In this document: positions 1 through 12,000 of the stretch, in pieces
Layout of the letters: the number at the start of each line of letters is the position of its first letter
How positions within the stretch are numbered: the stretch's first letter is position 1
Source: Cyanophora paradoxa CCMP329
Taxonomy: Eukaryota; Plantae; Glaucophyta
Assembly (NCBI GenBank): GCA_004431415.1
Contig: QPMI01000205.1
Span: 113,852 to 177,851, forward strand
Reading direction: 5' to 3'
DNA: 64,000 bases
Program-made: the position numbers and the translations under genes
The notes under the pieces: model-generated
What the model was told of the DNA's origin: nothing
The model's input: only the letters and a program-made list of their open reading frames with translations
The model's database searches: none

Positions 1-351
1 ATCGAGTAGCCCGAGGACGTGTCATGGGAGCCAGCTGGTGCGAGCGCAGCGTCCGTGTTCTCGGTGTAGTTGGCCACGACGGTGTCTCCATCCTTCAGAA
101 GGTCCCCGATCGCGTCTCCCCCGTCCAGCACCGCGCCGTCGAGATCCTCGTACTGCTTGACCACGAACGCGGCCGGCGCCTGCGTACGGCTTAGCTTCGA
201 GGAGCCAACACGCGTGCCGCGAAAGGAAACGCGCCTTGCCCGTCGTCTTCGCAACCCGCTGAACCGCGTCCGCGCCAACCTGGCTCACTGTCTGCTCCGG
301 CTTGCACGGTACGAGGATGGAGGTAGTGCCAAACACAAACTTCAGCTTCAT
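1..351 (-). CDS. 5' part of a gene starting with a Par3/HAL N-terminal (ubiquitin-like) domain; runs off the window edge
   Basis: ATG at 351; MKLKFVFGTTSILVPCKPEQTVSQVGADAVQRVAKTTGK, GC-AG intron 234-180, then APAAFVVKQYEDLDGAVLDGGDAIGDLLKDGDTVVANYTE; resembles the Par3_HAL_N_term pattern (FG...VPC...AV.R; G.LD.GD.I.D...D.D.VVA). Confidence 0.6.
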
Positions 352-660
352 TGCACTGAGAAACACCCGCTAGTCGCTAGCTATGGATCAGGCGCGAGGT
401 TAGCTGGCGTGTTCTTGAGCGTACCCCGCCCAGAAGTCTGGCCCTCAAATCAAAGAGTCCGCGGCACCTGCACGGGCGCTCTGAGAGTTCCAAAATCACC
501 GCATTTGTCTCCTCGAACCCCCGGCAGCGGTTGGCTTTGTTTCCGCTCTGGTTGTCGCTCAGCGCGACACGGCCACTCGTACGCACGCCTTTCGGAGTGC
601 AGGGGTGCCGATCTCCTTTTCTGGCCGCTCGGCGTGGCGGCGGGCGCGGCGGCCCCTCGC

Positions 661-2587
661 ATGCCACCGACGTCGAGAATGGGCCGTCGCATGCGCGGAT
701 TGCGATGGCTCGCAGCTGCGATCGTGGTGCTCTCGGTGCTGGAGCGTGGCGCGGCAAGCGAGCGCCCTGACGCAGCAAGCGAGCGCGCTGGCGTCGCCGT
801 AATCGGCAGTGGCATCTCGGGCAGCGTGGCTGCGCTGCAGCTCAGGCGGATGGCGGGCGACTCGATCGAGATCGACGTCTTCGAGCGGGAGGAGGAGGTG
901 GGTGGCCGAATGCAGACGGTGCACGTGCCCGGCGTGGACGAGCCGGTTGAGATCGGGGCCTCCATCTACCATGGTGCGCGCCTGTCGGCCCCAGGGCTCG
1001 GGCTCGAGCTCACCTGCACGCGCGTGCATGGGCGAAGAATCCAATAAGCGAGTACGGGATCTGGCGCGGGAGCTGAATTTGACGGAGCGGAGCCCGATGT
1101 TCGACCGGGGCACGATCGGCATCTGGGACGGCGCGCAGGGCCGCTTCGTGTTCGAGTCCTCGTCGTGGGGCCTGTGGACGAAGGCGAAGGGCCTACTGCG
1201 GTACGGGCTCTCGGCGCTGCGGTCGGGGCGGGTGGTCGGGGAGGCGGTGGCGAACTTCACGCGCAACTACGAGCTCTTCGAGGGGGAGGCCTTCCCCTCC
1301 GTGCCCGCCTTCCTCGAGGCCACCGGCCTCGCCGCGCTGCCGGCCCAGACGCTCCGCGCGCGCCTCGAGGCGGCCGGCGTGGGCGAGGCGTACCTCTCGG
1401 AGCCGGCGACGGCGATCCTGCGCGTCAACTACAACCAGAACCTCTCGATCAACGCTCTGGCGGGGCTCGTGGGGCTGGCCGGCAGCGGCGCGACCCTCCT
1501 CTCCGTGCGCGGCGGCAACCGCCTCCTCGCCGAGCGCGCCCTCCGCGCCGCCGCCGCCCGCCTCTCCCTCGCCCACCCCGTCGAGGCCGTCGAGGGCCCC
1601 CGGGGCGGGCCCTACACCCTCCGCCTCGCCTCCGGCGCCACCCGCGGGCCCTACCGCGCCGTCATCCTCGCGGGTGCCGCCTCCCCGCCCCGCCCCGCCG
1701 CCCCAGCCCCGCCCTGCGGCCGAGCGCGAGGCCGCCGGGCCCTGGCAGCGCCGCTGGGGCTCTCGGGGATCGAGCTGCGGGTGGCCGGCGTGCGGCCGCC
1801 GGCGCCCGTGCCGTACGTGACGACGGAGGCGACGCTGGTGGTGGGGCGCCTGCGGGGGTCCCCTTCGGGCGGGCGGACGGGGACCTCCCCTCCTCCGTCT
1901 TCACCACCGACGCCCCGGACCCCGACCTCCCCTTCACCTGGCCCGCCCCGCCCCGCCCGCCCGCCCGCCCCGGCCCCGCGCGCTGATCCCCGCCACCCGG
2001 CCCGCAGCATCTCCCGCCTGCGCGCCATCGGCCCGCCCTCGCGTGCGCCCCCGCGGGGGCCGGGGCTTGCGGGGGCTGGGGGGAGCGACGGGGGGCCAGG
2101 GACGGGGCCTGGCGCTGTACAAGCTCTTCTCGCGGAGCGCCTCCCCGACGCCCTCCTCGAGCGCCTCTTCGGGCGCCCCGTCTGGACCTTCCGGTGCCGC
2201 CCCCGCCCCGCCCCGCCCCGCCCCGCCCCGCCCGCCCCGCCCGCCGGGCCGGTCGAGCCTCGGGCCGGCGCACGGCAGGCGGGCGTGGCGGGCGTACCCG
2301 GCGCTGGAGGCGGGGCGGGAGGCGGCGGCGGTGGAGCTGGCGCCGGGCCTGCTCTACGCGGGGGCCCTCGAGGCGCTCGTCTCGACCATCGAGTCGCAGG
2401 CCATCGCCGGCCGCAACGCCGCCGCCCTCGCCGCCACCCTCCTGCCCACGCCCCACGCCCCCCGCCCCCGGCCCCGGCCGCCCCCCGCCCCGCTCCGGTC
2501 GAGCCCGAGCCCGAGCATGAGCACTGCCGCGGCGCGAACGCACCCCCGGGCGTCTGCGAGGCCCCGCCCGCGGCCGCCGCCGCGTGA
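661..2587 (+). CDS. PCYOX1: Prenylcysteine oxidase / farnesylcysteine lyase, multi-exon, signal peptide
   Basis: Hydrophobic leader, VAVIGSGISG FAD motif, FEREEEVGGR, EIGASIYH, ILRVNYNQ, SVRGGN, YKLFS, AWRAYP, STIESQAIAGRNAA; 3' end uncertain because of apparent homopolymer frameshifts. Confidence 0.88.
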
Positions 2588-3023
2588 CGGCGCGTCCGCA
2601 AACTTTTCGAAACCCCTCGGGGCCTCTTGCCGTCACCCCTTCGAAAACGTGATGGCAGCAGCAGGGCTAGAACTTTCGTTTTCTGGTCGTGAAGTCTTCA
2701 AACTGTTCAAGCATTCAAAACATACACGGACCCTAGGCCTACTTGAATAGACGAGAGGATACTATTTTACGACACGCGCAACACTGCGCCACAAAAAATG
2801 CGAAGATCGACGAGTTTGCGGCAAAGCGAAGACAAAGTCATGTATACGTAGCTATGAAGGATTTATACAAATTTTCGGCAAGGTAATATGCAAAACTAGT
2901 CAAGTTATTATAGCGCGCCCCGATTATCCTCGAAGCGCTCCTGCCAGAATGCCGGCTGTTGAAACGAGGAGGGGCCTTGCGCAAGGGCGATGCTGGGCGC
3001 TGGAGGAGGGGCGGTGGGGGCGG

Positions 3024-4747
3024 CTAGAAGGCGCGCGGGGTGCCGGGGCGGGGGCCCTCGAGCGGGGCGAGGACGAGGCGGGAGGGCCGCTCGCGGTCGG
3101 GGGCCGGGGCCGGCCATGGCTCGGGGAGGCGCGGGGCGTCGACCTCGAGGGGCGGGAGCTGCGAGGGCAGCGGCCGCGGCAGCAGCTTAGGGCTCTCCGC
3201 CGAGCGCGCCCGCGGCCGCGCGCCCCGCACGCCGGCGCTCCCCGCGGGGCCGGGCGGCTGCTCGAAGAGGGGCATGGAGCGGCGGCGGTTGGAGAGGAGG
3301 TCGGGCTCGGAGGGCTCGGGGGAGGGGCGCGCGAGGGGCAGGGAGCGGCGGAGGGAGGCGAAGGCGGGGGCCGCCTCCGCCTGCCCCACCACGACCACCC
3401 CCGACGGCTGCGTCACGGCCAGCACCGGGGGCGGGGCGAGACTCGGCAGCGCCGACATCGACTGGGAGCCCGAGAGGCCCGGGGGAGCGGGGAGCCCTCC
3501 TCCTCGGCCAGCGCCCGCGCCAGCGCCTCCGCCTCCCGCACCCGCCGCCGCTCCCGCTCCCGCGCCCGCTCCTCCGCCGCGCGCCCCGCGTCCGCCACCT
3601 GGGCCGCCCCGTCGGCCTCCGCGAGCGCGGCGTTGGAGCGGGGCGCACGGGGAGGGGGCGGGGGTCGGAGTCGGCGACCCAGGGGTGGGCGGCGAGGGCG
3701 GCGGCGTTGGGGCGCTCCAGGGGGTCCCAGTGGAGCATGCTCTTCAGCAGACGCCGGCAGCGCGAGGAGAGGAACTCGGGCACGTAGAGGCGCTCCCCGG
3801 CGGCGAGCTCGGGGAGCGGGCTGTAGCCGCAGACGAGCTCAAAGAGGAGGGCGCCGGCCGCCCAGATGTCCGCCGGCCGCAGCACGATGTGGCCCCCCGA
3901 CGCCGCCTCCGGCGCCAGCGCGCTCATCGGCCGCGGCCTGCCCGCCCCGCGCCCCCGCGTCGGCGGCACGACGGCGGGCGGGGCGAGGGCGGGGCGGGGC
4001 GGACGCGTTGGGGGCGAGGCGGGAGACGGGGAGGGGCGGGGCGAGGAGCTCGCCCCGCGCCGGCACGCGCTCGGCGGCCTCGAAGTCGCAGAGCTTGAGG
4101 ATGGGCACCTGGCTCCCCGGCGGCATCGAGAGGAGGCAGTTCGAGGCGCGCACGTCCCGGTGCGCCACCCCCTGCCTGCCCGCCCCGCCCCGCCCCTCGG
4201 CCCGGCTCCGGGGCCGTTGGGGCGGGGCGGCGCGGCGGCGGGGCGCACGAGTGGCAGTAGACGAGGGCGTGGACGAGCTGGACGAAGAGGCGGCGGGCGT
4301 GGCCCTCGCCCAGCTTCCCGTCCAGCACGCCCGCCAGCGAGCCGCCCTCCGCGTACTCGAGGAAGGTCACCACGCGCGCCGGCTGCTCGATCTGCGTGAT
4401 CGTCTTGACGACGCCGGGGTGGTCCAGCCCCGAGAGGATCGCGTGCTCCCGCACGAGCGGGCCCGCCGCCGCCTTCGTCGCGATCTTCGCCACCGCCGCC
4501 TGCCCCGTCACCTGGTGCTTCGCTTTCCGTATCTCTGCGCCGCCGCGGCGCGCTCAGTGTTGAGCGAGTCGGAGGGAGAGGAGGCGAGGGCTTCGGGCTC
4601 ACCGCGCACGCCGTCGCCGTCGGGCCTCTCGTAGATGCGCTCCTCGAGGTTGAAGCCGCCGCAGGAGCGCCGCTTGCTCTTTCTCCCCTCGCCCGCCCCG
4701 CCCAACGCGGAGATCGAGCCGAGACTGGAAGGCACCTGCGGCGGCAT
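3024..4747 (-). CDS. CAMK/SNF1-like Ser/Thr kinase-fold protein with degenerate motifs
   Basis: AAVAKI, EHAILSGLDHPGVVK, LEYAEGGSL, HRDVRASN, LKLCDFE, ALAPE, ADIWAAG, LLKSMLHWDPLERP; exons joined by short introns. Confidence 0.8.
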
Positions 4748-5315
4748 CTCCGCGCGGCCTGCCGTCGCTGCGAAGGTTTGCCGGCGCAGCTCCTCCTACG
4801 CGCAGCTGATGATGTCACGGTGTCAACCCCGCGGCCGATGGCGTCGAGTAGATCGTTGTCTGTATCGCTGCACAAGCTCAACGTTCTGCTGAACGAAAAA
4901 GCGCGCTGATGGTCGCTGCGGCCGCCGGCTGGTCGAACACTACTTGGTCGAAACCGATATCGATCCGCGGCCCTCGCCAGGCTTGCTCGCGGCGCCGTGG
5001 CAATCAAAGCCCGTTTTCCGAACTCGCTCAGCAGAAGAAAGGCTCACGAAGCACTGGCGCCGAAGGGCTCAGCGGTTGCGGCCTCATAATGCTCTTGGGG
5101 CCGCTACGTGGCGTGCTACAGCTAGCGCTGCCTCGCGCGCGCAGGGGCGCCTGGGAACTACGAACGCGACGGAGATCGAAGCGGCTGCGGCCCTTCTGAA
5201 AGCCGTCGCACGGGCGCGAAGCCTGCGAAGCTTGGACCTCCGCAGTTTCCCCAACATACCCCGCATCCTCTGATTCGCGTACCCCCCGTCGGCGCGGTTG
5301 ACCGCCGAACGAGCG

Positions 5316-7311
5316 ATGCCGGCGCGCGGCGTGACGGTGGAGGCGCGCTTCGAGCGAACAGCGTTCTTCCCGGGCGAGCAGCTGCGAACGCGCATCTTCG
5401 TCTCGTTCGATCCGAGCCAGGCGCAGCGGCGGCCCTCGTCAGGCCAGCTGAGCTCGCCGGCCGACACGGCGCACACCCTGTCGCAGCTAGTCATCCCCGA
5501 CGACGACGACGCGTTTGACCTGGAATGGCTCGCGGTGCAGCTGCACGGCCAGGCGTTCGTGAACCCGGCGCTCGTTTCGCTGCCGGCGAATCCGGAGCCT
5601 CCGAAGAGCGAGAAGACTGTTGATGCGGACGGGCGCGTGCGGCCCCCAAACTTCGCGCAAGCTGGTGCGGGCTGTTTTTCGCGCCGGCCGCTCCTCGTCC
5701 TCAACCGGCGCGCAGACGAGACGGGCCGGTGCATCTTCGTAACTCGGCCCGCGGTTCTTTTGCAGAACGTGCACATCCCGGTCGGCTCCAAGCGAGAGCG
5801 TGCGCCCGACCGGCCGGCGGGCGGCGCGCTAGCCCTGACTGGCGGGCAGTGTCGTACACGGCGACGCTGCCGAGCAGCCTGCCGCCGTCGTACCGGGGCA
5901 CGGCGGTGCGGTACTCGTACTTCCTCGCGGTGGGCATCCAGGAGCGGGGCCAGCCGCACCGCGTCCTCAAGGTCCCCTTCCGCCTCCTCGTCAACGCCGG
6001 TCCGCCCCGCCCCCGCCCCCGCCGCCCCGGCCCCTGAGCGCGGCGGCAGGCGGCAGCTGCCTGCTCTCCGTCTTCCCGGGGTACCCCGAGCTGGAGGAGT
6101 GCGGGGTCAAGGTGAAGGAGATGCTCAGCGGCAAGCAGGCCCTGGAGAGCGCGAGGGTAGAGGGCGCGCGCCGCCGCGGGGCCGGGCGGGGCGCCGGCGG
6201 GGCCTGACGGCTGCCGCAGACGTCGCGCCGAGCTCCTCGGAGGGGCCCGGGGGCGACGGGGTCGACGCCGCGAGCCTCGCGCGCCTGCGGCAGCTGCGGC
6301 GCATGGAGACGGCCGACCGGGACGAGCACGGGAGCCCGCGCTACGAGGTCCCCGTGGGCGCCGTCGACCGCCCGGGGGGGCCCTGGGCGGAGGAGGAGGA
6401 GTCGGAGGAGGAGGGGGCCGGGGAGCGGGAGGAGGCGCGGGAGGGGGAGGAGCCCTTCTCCGTGGACCCCGACTTCGCGGTGCTCGCGGGGGGCGCCCCC
6501 GCGGCCCTCGCCGCCTCCTTCGGCGCCCTCGACTCGGCCGACTGGGACGCCGCCATCGCCGACGGCGCCCCGGGGCCCCGCGCGCCCCGCCCCGCCCCGC
6601 CCCCCGCCCCGCCCGCGCTGACCCGGCCGCAGCGTCGTTCAACATCCGGCACGGCGAGGCGTCGATGGCGCGGTTCGCGCTGGGGCGGGAGGCCTTCCGC
6701 GTGGGGGACGCGGTGAGCGGCGTCCTCGACTTCTCGCTGGGGAGCGCCCCCTGCACCGCCCTTCGCGTCCTCCTCGAGTGCGAGGAGAGCGTCGCCCCGG
6801 GCATGGTCGCCCCCGCCCCCAAGGGCAAGCCCGCCCCGCCCGCCTCCTCCGCCCGCACCCTCGGCGAGATCCAGGTCCGCCGCCCCCGCCCCGCCCCGCC
6901 GGGCCGGCGCCCGGGGCCGAGGCGGCCGGCAGGAGCTCACCCTCGCCTCCCTGCTCACGAGCTTCTCCTTCTACGTGCCGCACGACGCCCCCGCCTGCTT
7001 CTCCTCCGACATCGGTGCGCGCCCCGCAGCCCCCCGCCGCCCCCCCCCCGCCCCCGACCCGGCGCGCAGTCTCCGTCAAGTACACCCTCCTCCTCGAGTT
7101 CGTCGTGCCGGGGCCGAAGCCGGCCGACAAGAGGCGCCCCGCCGGCGCGGCGGGGGCCGGGGCCGGGGCCGGGGAGGGGGAGCGCCCCGCGTGGCCGGCG
7201 GCGTGCGAGGAGCCGGTCGAGGTCCTCCAGTGGCGCACCCCCGTCACCCTCCTCAACGCCCGCATCCCCACCTCCGCCGGGCCCCCGCTCTCCCTCGCCC
7301 TCGCCCTCTGA
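5316..7311 (+). CDS. RGP1: RGP1 subunit of the RIC1-RGP1 Rab6 GEF
   Basis: FFPGEQL, WLAVQLHG, LPSSLPPSYRGTAVRYSYFLAVG, FRVGDAVSGVLDFS, VLLECEESV, VSVKYTLLLEFVV. Confidence 0.8.
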
Positions 7312-7580
7312 CCGGCCGACCCCCGTCGCTCCCGGCCCCATGCACGCTGCCGAATGCGATTCCGATGCTCTCGTGGATATCACATCAGATCTCCAAGGCC
7401 CGGCCCGGCCGTCCAGTGAAGAGCATAGAGGGCGTACTGCTGGTTGTTCGGGTCTCAAAGAACCATGTCTGTACACTTGCGCGTGGGCGCACGGGAAAAA
7501 CTTACGATACGATACATGACCTGCAAGCGGACTATCCTACCTGTCCTAAGCTGCCATTGAGCAAAAAGCAGCATGAAATG

Positions 7581-8329
7581 TTATGGCATGTCGCGATGTT
7601 GGTCGTTGCGGGTAGATGACCAAGCCGATGTTCGACGAAGTTGGACAAAGTTGAACCTCAATCTGCGCAAAGCGGGGATCAGCGAGCTCTCCAAGGAGAA
7701 GTGGAGTCGGGGGCGCGATGGCGCGGAGTGACGAGAGGCAGCGACGCGGTGCCGTGCATCGGCCACGGTGACGCCCTCCGTCACGCTGCAGCACTTGCGA
7801 TCTAGAGCATGCATGGAGCGCCGGGAAGGAGCTGAGCCCTATTGCCGCACAGGGGCTCCCACGCGATGGCGTGACGATAACGCAACCCTTCACCCCAAAA
7901 CACGCTCCCTGGTCCCCGGCGCACCGTAGCTGATCTTGGTTGGTTCTCCCATTGAAGAAGCGTCCTCGCGGTTCACCGCGCCCGCCTCCGGAGCACCGCC
8001 CTCAAAGCGGTAGCAATCTGCATGTGCGTCACGGCCGATTGCATGCAGCCGGCATCATGACAATCTCAACGTAGTGCACCTGCGACCTCCTGGAACAGAC
8101 CGGAAAAGGTGTGAGCGAAGTGGAGGCGAGGCGGGGGAGGCAAGGAGGCGCCCACCTCGCTATCACCGTCGACAAGGGCCGCCTCGTACTCCTCCGCCAC
8201 CTGATGCACGATCTCAGAACACGACCTCAGGGGCCAACGGATCGGCAACGTGGACCGCACCTTCGCCTTCTGAGAAAGCGCAATATCGGCGTTCTGTGCT
8301 GCCTCGGACTGGCTGGTTGCTGCGCCCAT
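7581..8329 (-). CDS. Small hypothetical multi-exon protein, possible N-myristoylation (MGAATS)
   Basis: Exons can be joined through GT-AG introns including a 10-nt exon at 8080-8089; no family recognised; 3' end uncertain. Confidence 0.35.
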
Positions 8330-8622
8330 GCTGCCTGTCCTGCTGGAAGACGCTGACGTCGACGTTTTTACTGCTGACGGGAAACTTTTGGCTCTTGCCC
8401 TTGAGGTATGCCCTATCGCGTACCCTCGACCCCTGCCTCGTTTGGGCTTGCCGCGGCGCTGGGCTCGTTCGACACCTTGCGAACCTAGCGTCGAAGCTCC
8501 TCCTCTGATCCATTCCTTGGTCTTCGCTCTCGGGCCGCGTGCGGGGCGCCCGCGCGCCGCGGAGGCGTCGGCGAGGGCACGGGGACGCGGAACCGACCCG
8601 GTAAAAACGCCGATGTCCGCAA

Positions 8623-8703
8623 GCAGCTTTGGCCGAGTGGTTAAGGCGATTGACTCGAAATCAATTGGGATTTCCCGCGCAGGTTCGAATCCTGCAGGCT
8701 GCG
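8623..8703 (+). tRNA. trnS-CGA: tRNA-Ser (anticodon CGA)
   Basis: Acceptor GCAGCTT/AGGCTGC, A box TGGCCGAGTGG, anticodon arm ATTGA-CTCGAAA-TCAAT, long variable arm GGGATTTCCC, T arm GCAGG-TTCGAAT-CCTGC, discriminator G. Confidence 0.97.
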
Positions 8704-9084
8704 CTTTGGCCGTTTTCGACCCCCGTTCCAGCCCCCGCGGGGCCACTTTTCACCCGGCGTCCGCCAGCGGGCATGCGCGAGGCAGCGCACGTCGCGATTC
8801 GCGTCCTCCGGTGTCTGCACCGGCCCCGCGCGGTTTTGGCTGCTTGGAGATCGCCTGCCGGTCACGCGCGGGAAGCGCGTTTGGTTCTTAAGCTTGCAAC
8901 GCATGCGCAGTTCTCTTCGATTCAGCTAGAAAGCTCAGCTAGCGCTAGATTCTTCGCGCTCAGCGCCTTGCGGTAGCGTTGCCAGCTGCAGCGCTAGAGC
9001 TATGCATATGGCGCTGGTGATAACTGCAGCACGAGTGCCAGCATCGATATTAACCAAGAACATGGGACGCAAGAGCGGGGCGGG

Positions 9085-12000
9085 CTACGCGGCGACGAAG
9101 TTGACGAGCTTGCCGGGGACGAAGACCTCCTTCTTGATGGCCTTTCCGTCGAGGAACTTGGCCACGTTCGGCTCCGCTTTGGCCGCCGCCAGCACCTCCT
9201 CCTTCCCCGCCGTCGGGCTCACCTGCAGCTGTGCCCGCAGCTTCCCGTTCACCTGCGCACGCCCGGCCAGGCCCCATGAGCGCCGGCGAGCGGTCGGGGC
9301 GGGCTGGGCGGGCGGGGCGGGGCGGGCCTGGACGACGACGTTGATGGTGTCGGCCTGGAGGTACTGCTCGTCGACCTCGGGCCAGGGCGCGTACGCGAGG
9401 GAGCCCTTGTTGCCGAGCGCGTGCCAGAGCTCCTCCGCGATGTGCGGCGCGTACGGGGCGAGCAGGAGGACGAAGGGCTGCATGACGGCGCGCGGCCGCG
9501 TCTCCCACTTGGTCGCCGCGTTGACGAACTCCATCATGGCGGAGATGCCCGTGTTGAAGCGCATCGAGTCGATCTCCTCGGTGACCTTCTTGATGGTCTG
9601 GTGGAGGAGGCGCAGCTGCTCGCGGGTCGGCTCGGCCTCGGCGACACGCGGGGAGAGGGCGCCGCCCTCCATGTACAGCCGCCACGTGCGGTTCAGGAAG
9701 CGGAAGACGCCCTCCACGCCCTGCCGCCCCCCGCTCAGCCGCGCGCACCGCGGGGCCGGGGCGGGGCGGGGGCGGGGGCGGGGCGGGGGCGGGGGCGGGC
9801 CTTCATGGACCAGGTCTTGACCTGCTCGAGGGGCCCCATGAACATCTCGTACAGCCGGAGCGAGTCGGCGCCGTACTCCGCGACGACGTGGTCCGGGTTC
9901 ACCACGTTGCCCCGGCTCTTCGACATCTTGTGCGCCCGCGCCGCCACCCGCACCCCCTTCTCCCCCTTCAGCACGAACCCCTCGCCCACCTGCGCGCCGT
10001 CTCGTGAGAGGGGGCGGGGCGCGGGGCGGCGGGGGGGAGGGGAGGCGGGCCTTCTCGACGTCGGCGGGGGCGATGCGCTCCGGGGTGCAGTCGTCGCGCT
10101 CCTCGGCCTCGTCGGCGGAGACGGGGCGGCCCTGCGCGTCCCGGTAGAGCGTGTACTCGACCTCCCCGAGGATCATCCCCTGGTTGACGAGCCGCTGGAA
10201 GGGCTCCTTCGAGGTCACCACCCCGCAGTCGTAGAGGACCTTGTGCCAGAAGCGCGCGTAGAGCAGGTGCAGCACCGCGTGCTCCACCCCGCCCACGTAC
10301 CTGGCCCCCCGCCCCGCGTCACCGGCCGGCGCCGGGCGGGGCGGGGCGGGGCGGGGCGGGGCGGGGCGGACAGGTCGACGGGCATCCAGTACTTCTCGAG
10401 GTCGGGTGCGACGGCGGCGGCCTCGTTGGTGGGGTCCAGGAAGCGCAGGTAGTACCAGCAGGAGCCGGCCCACTGGGGCATCGTGTTCGTCTCCCGCGCC
10501 GCCGGCCGCCCGTCGAGCTCGGTGTTGACCCACTCGGGGACGGTGGCGAGGGGGGACTCGCCGGTGCCGCTGGGCTTGTAGGACTCGACCTCGGGGAGGG
10601 TCACGGGGAGGGCCTCGTCGGGCAGCGGCACGGGCTTCCCGTCCACGAAGACGATCGGGAAGGGCTCCCCCCAGTAGCGCTGCCGCGAGAAGAGCCAGTC
10701 CCGCAGCTTGTAGTTCACCCGCCGCCCCCCCAGGCCCCGCTCCGCGAGCCACGCGCAGACCGCCTCCTTGGCCTTGGGGACGGGCAGGCCGTCGATGGAG
10801 AGGGTCTTCGCGTTGGCCGAGTTGATGGCGAGCGCCCCCTCGTCGCTCGTCACGAACGCCTCCTTCTCCACCTCCACTGCCGGCCCCGTCACCAGGGAGG
10901 CGGCGGGGGGCGGGCGGGGGCGGGGCGGGGGCACCCTTGGCGCCGGAGGCCGGGGCGACGACCTGGCGGATGGGGAGCTTGTACTTCCTGGCGAACTCGT
11001 GGTCGCGCTTGTCATGGGCGGGGACCGCCATGATGGCCCCCGTGCCGTAAGTGGCAAGCACGTAGTCCGCCACGTACACGGGGATCGCCTCCTCCGTCAC
11101 GGGGTTCACCGCGTACGCCCCCGTGAAGACCCCCGACTTGTCCTTCTGCAGCTCCGTCCGCTCCAGGTCCGACTTGGTGGCCGCCTGCTTGACGTACTCC
11201 TCCACCGCCGCCTTCTGCTCCTTGCTCACGATCTCCGCCACCAGCGGGTGCTCCGGCGCCATCACCTGGGGGCGCGACGCGTCAGACGGCGTCGGGTTCG
11301 GCCGGGACGCTTCGAGCGCTTTGGACCGAGAGGAGCGCTAGACCCGGAAGGGACCGCACCATGTAGGTGGCACCGAAGAGGGTGTCGGGGCGGGTGGTGA
11401 AGACGCGGAGCTTCTTGGCGCCCTTGGTGCCCTGGATCTCGAAGTCGAGCTCGGCGCCCTCGGACTTGCCGATCCAGTTGCGCTGCATCTCCTTGACGTT
11501 GTCGGGCCAGTCGACCTCGTCCAGGTCCTCCAGCAGCCGCTCCGCGTACTCCGTGATCTTCAGGATCCACTGCCGCATCGGCTTCCGGATCACCGGGTGG
11601 CCCCCCCGCTCGCTCTTCCCGTCGATCACCTGCCCGCGCCCGCCGTCAGCGCGGGGCGGGAGGGGGGCGGGGCGGGGCGGGGGGGCGGGGCGTGCGGGCC
11701 TCCTCGTTGGCGAGGACGGTGCCGAGGGCGGGGCACCAGTTGACGGGGACCTCGGCCTGGTAGGCGAGGCCGCGCTCGTAGAGGCGCAGGAAGATCCACT
11801 GCGTCCACTTGTAGTACGCCGCGTCCGTCGTGGAGACCTCCCGCTCCCAGTCGTACGAGAAGCCCAGCGCCTGCAGCTGCTGCCGGAACCGCCCCACGTT
11901 CTTCGCCGTCGTCACCCGCGGGTGCGTCCCCGTCTCCAGCGCGTACTGCGCCCGCCCGCGTCGGCGGGGCCGGGCGCGCGGGGCGGGGCCGGCGCGGGGG

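Noticed and set aside
1850-2140. One-base frameshifts in PCYOX1 (also in dnaG near 61115) as programmed frameshifting or pseudogenisation
   Set aside because: They fall in G/C runs of otherwise well-conserved genes; homopolymer sequencing error is the simpler explanation
8066-8068. TGA after EVAGALR as possible selenocysteine
   Set aside because: It lies inside a plausible GT-AG intron following the 10-nt microexon, and no SECIS was recognised
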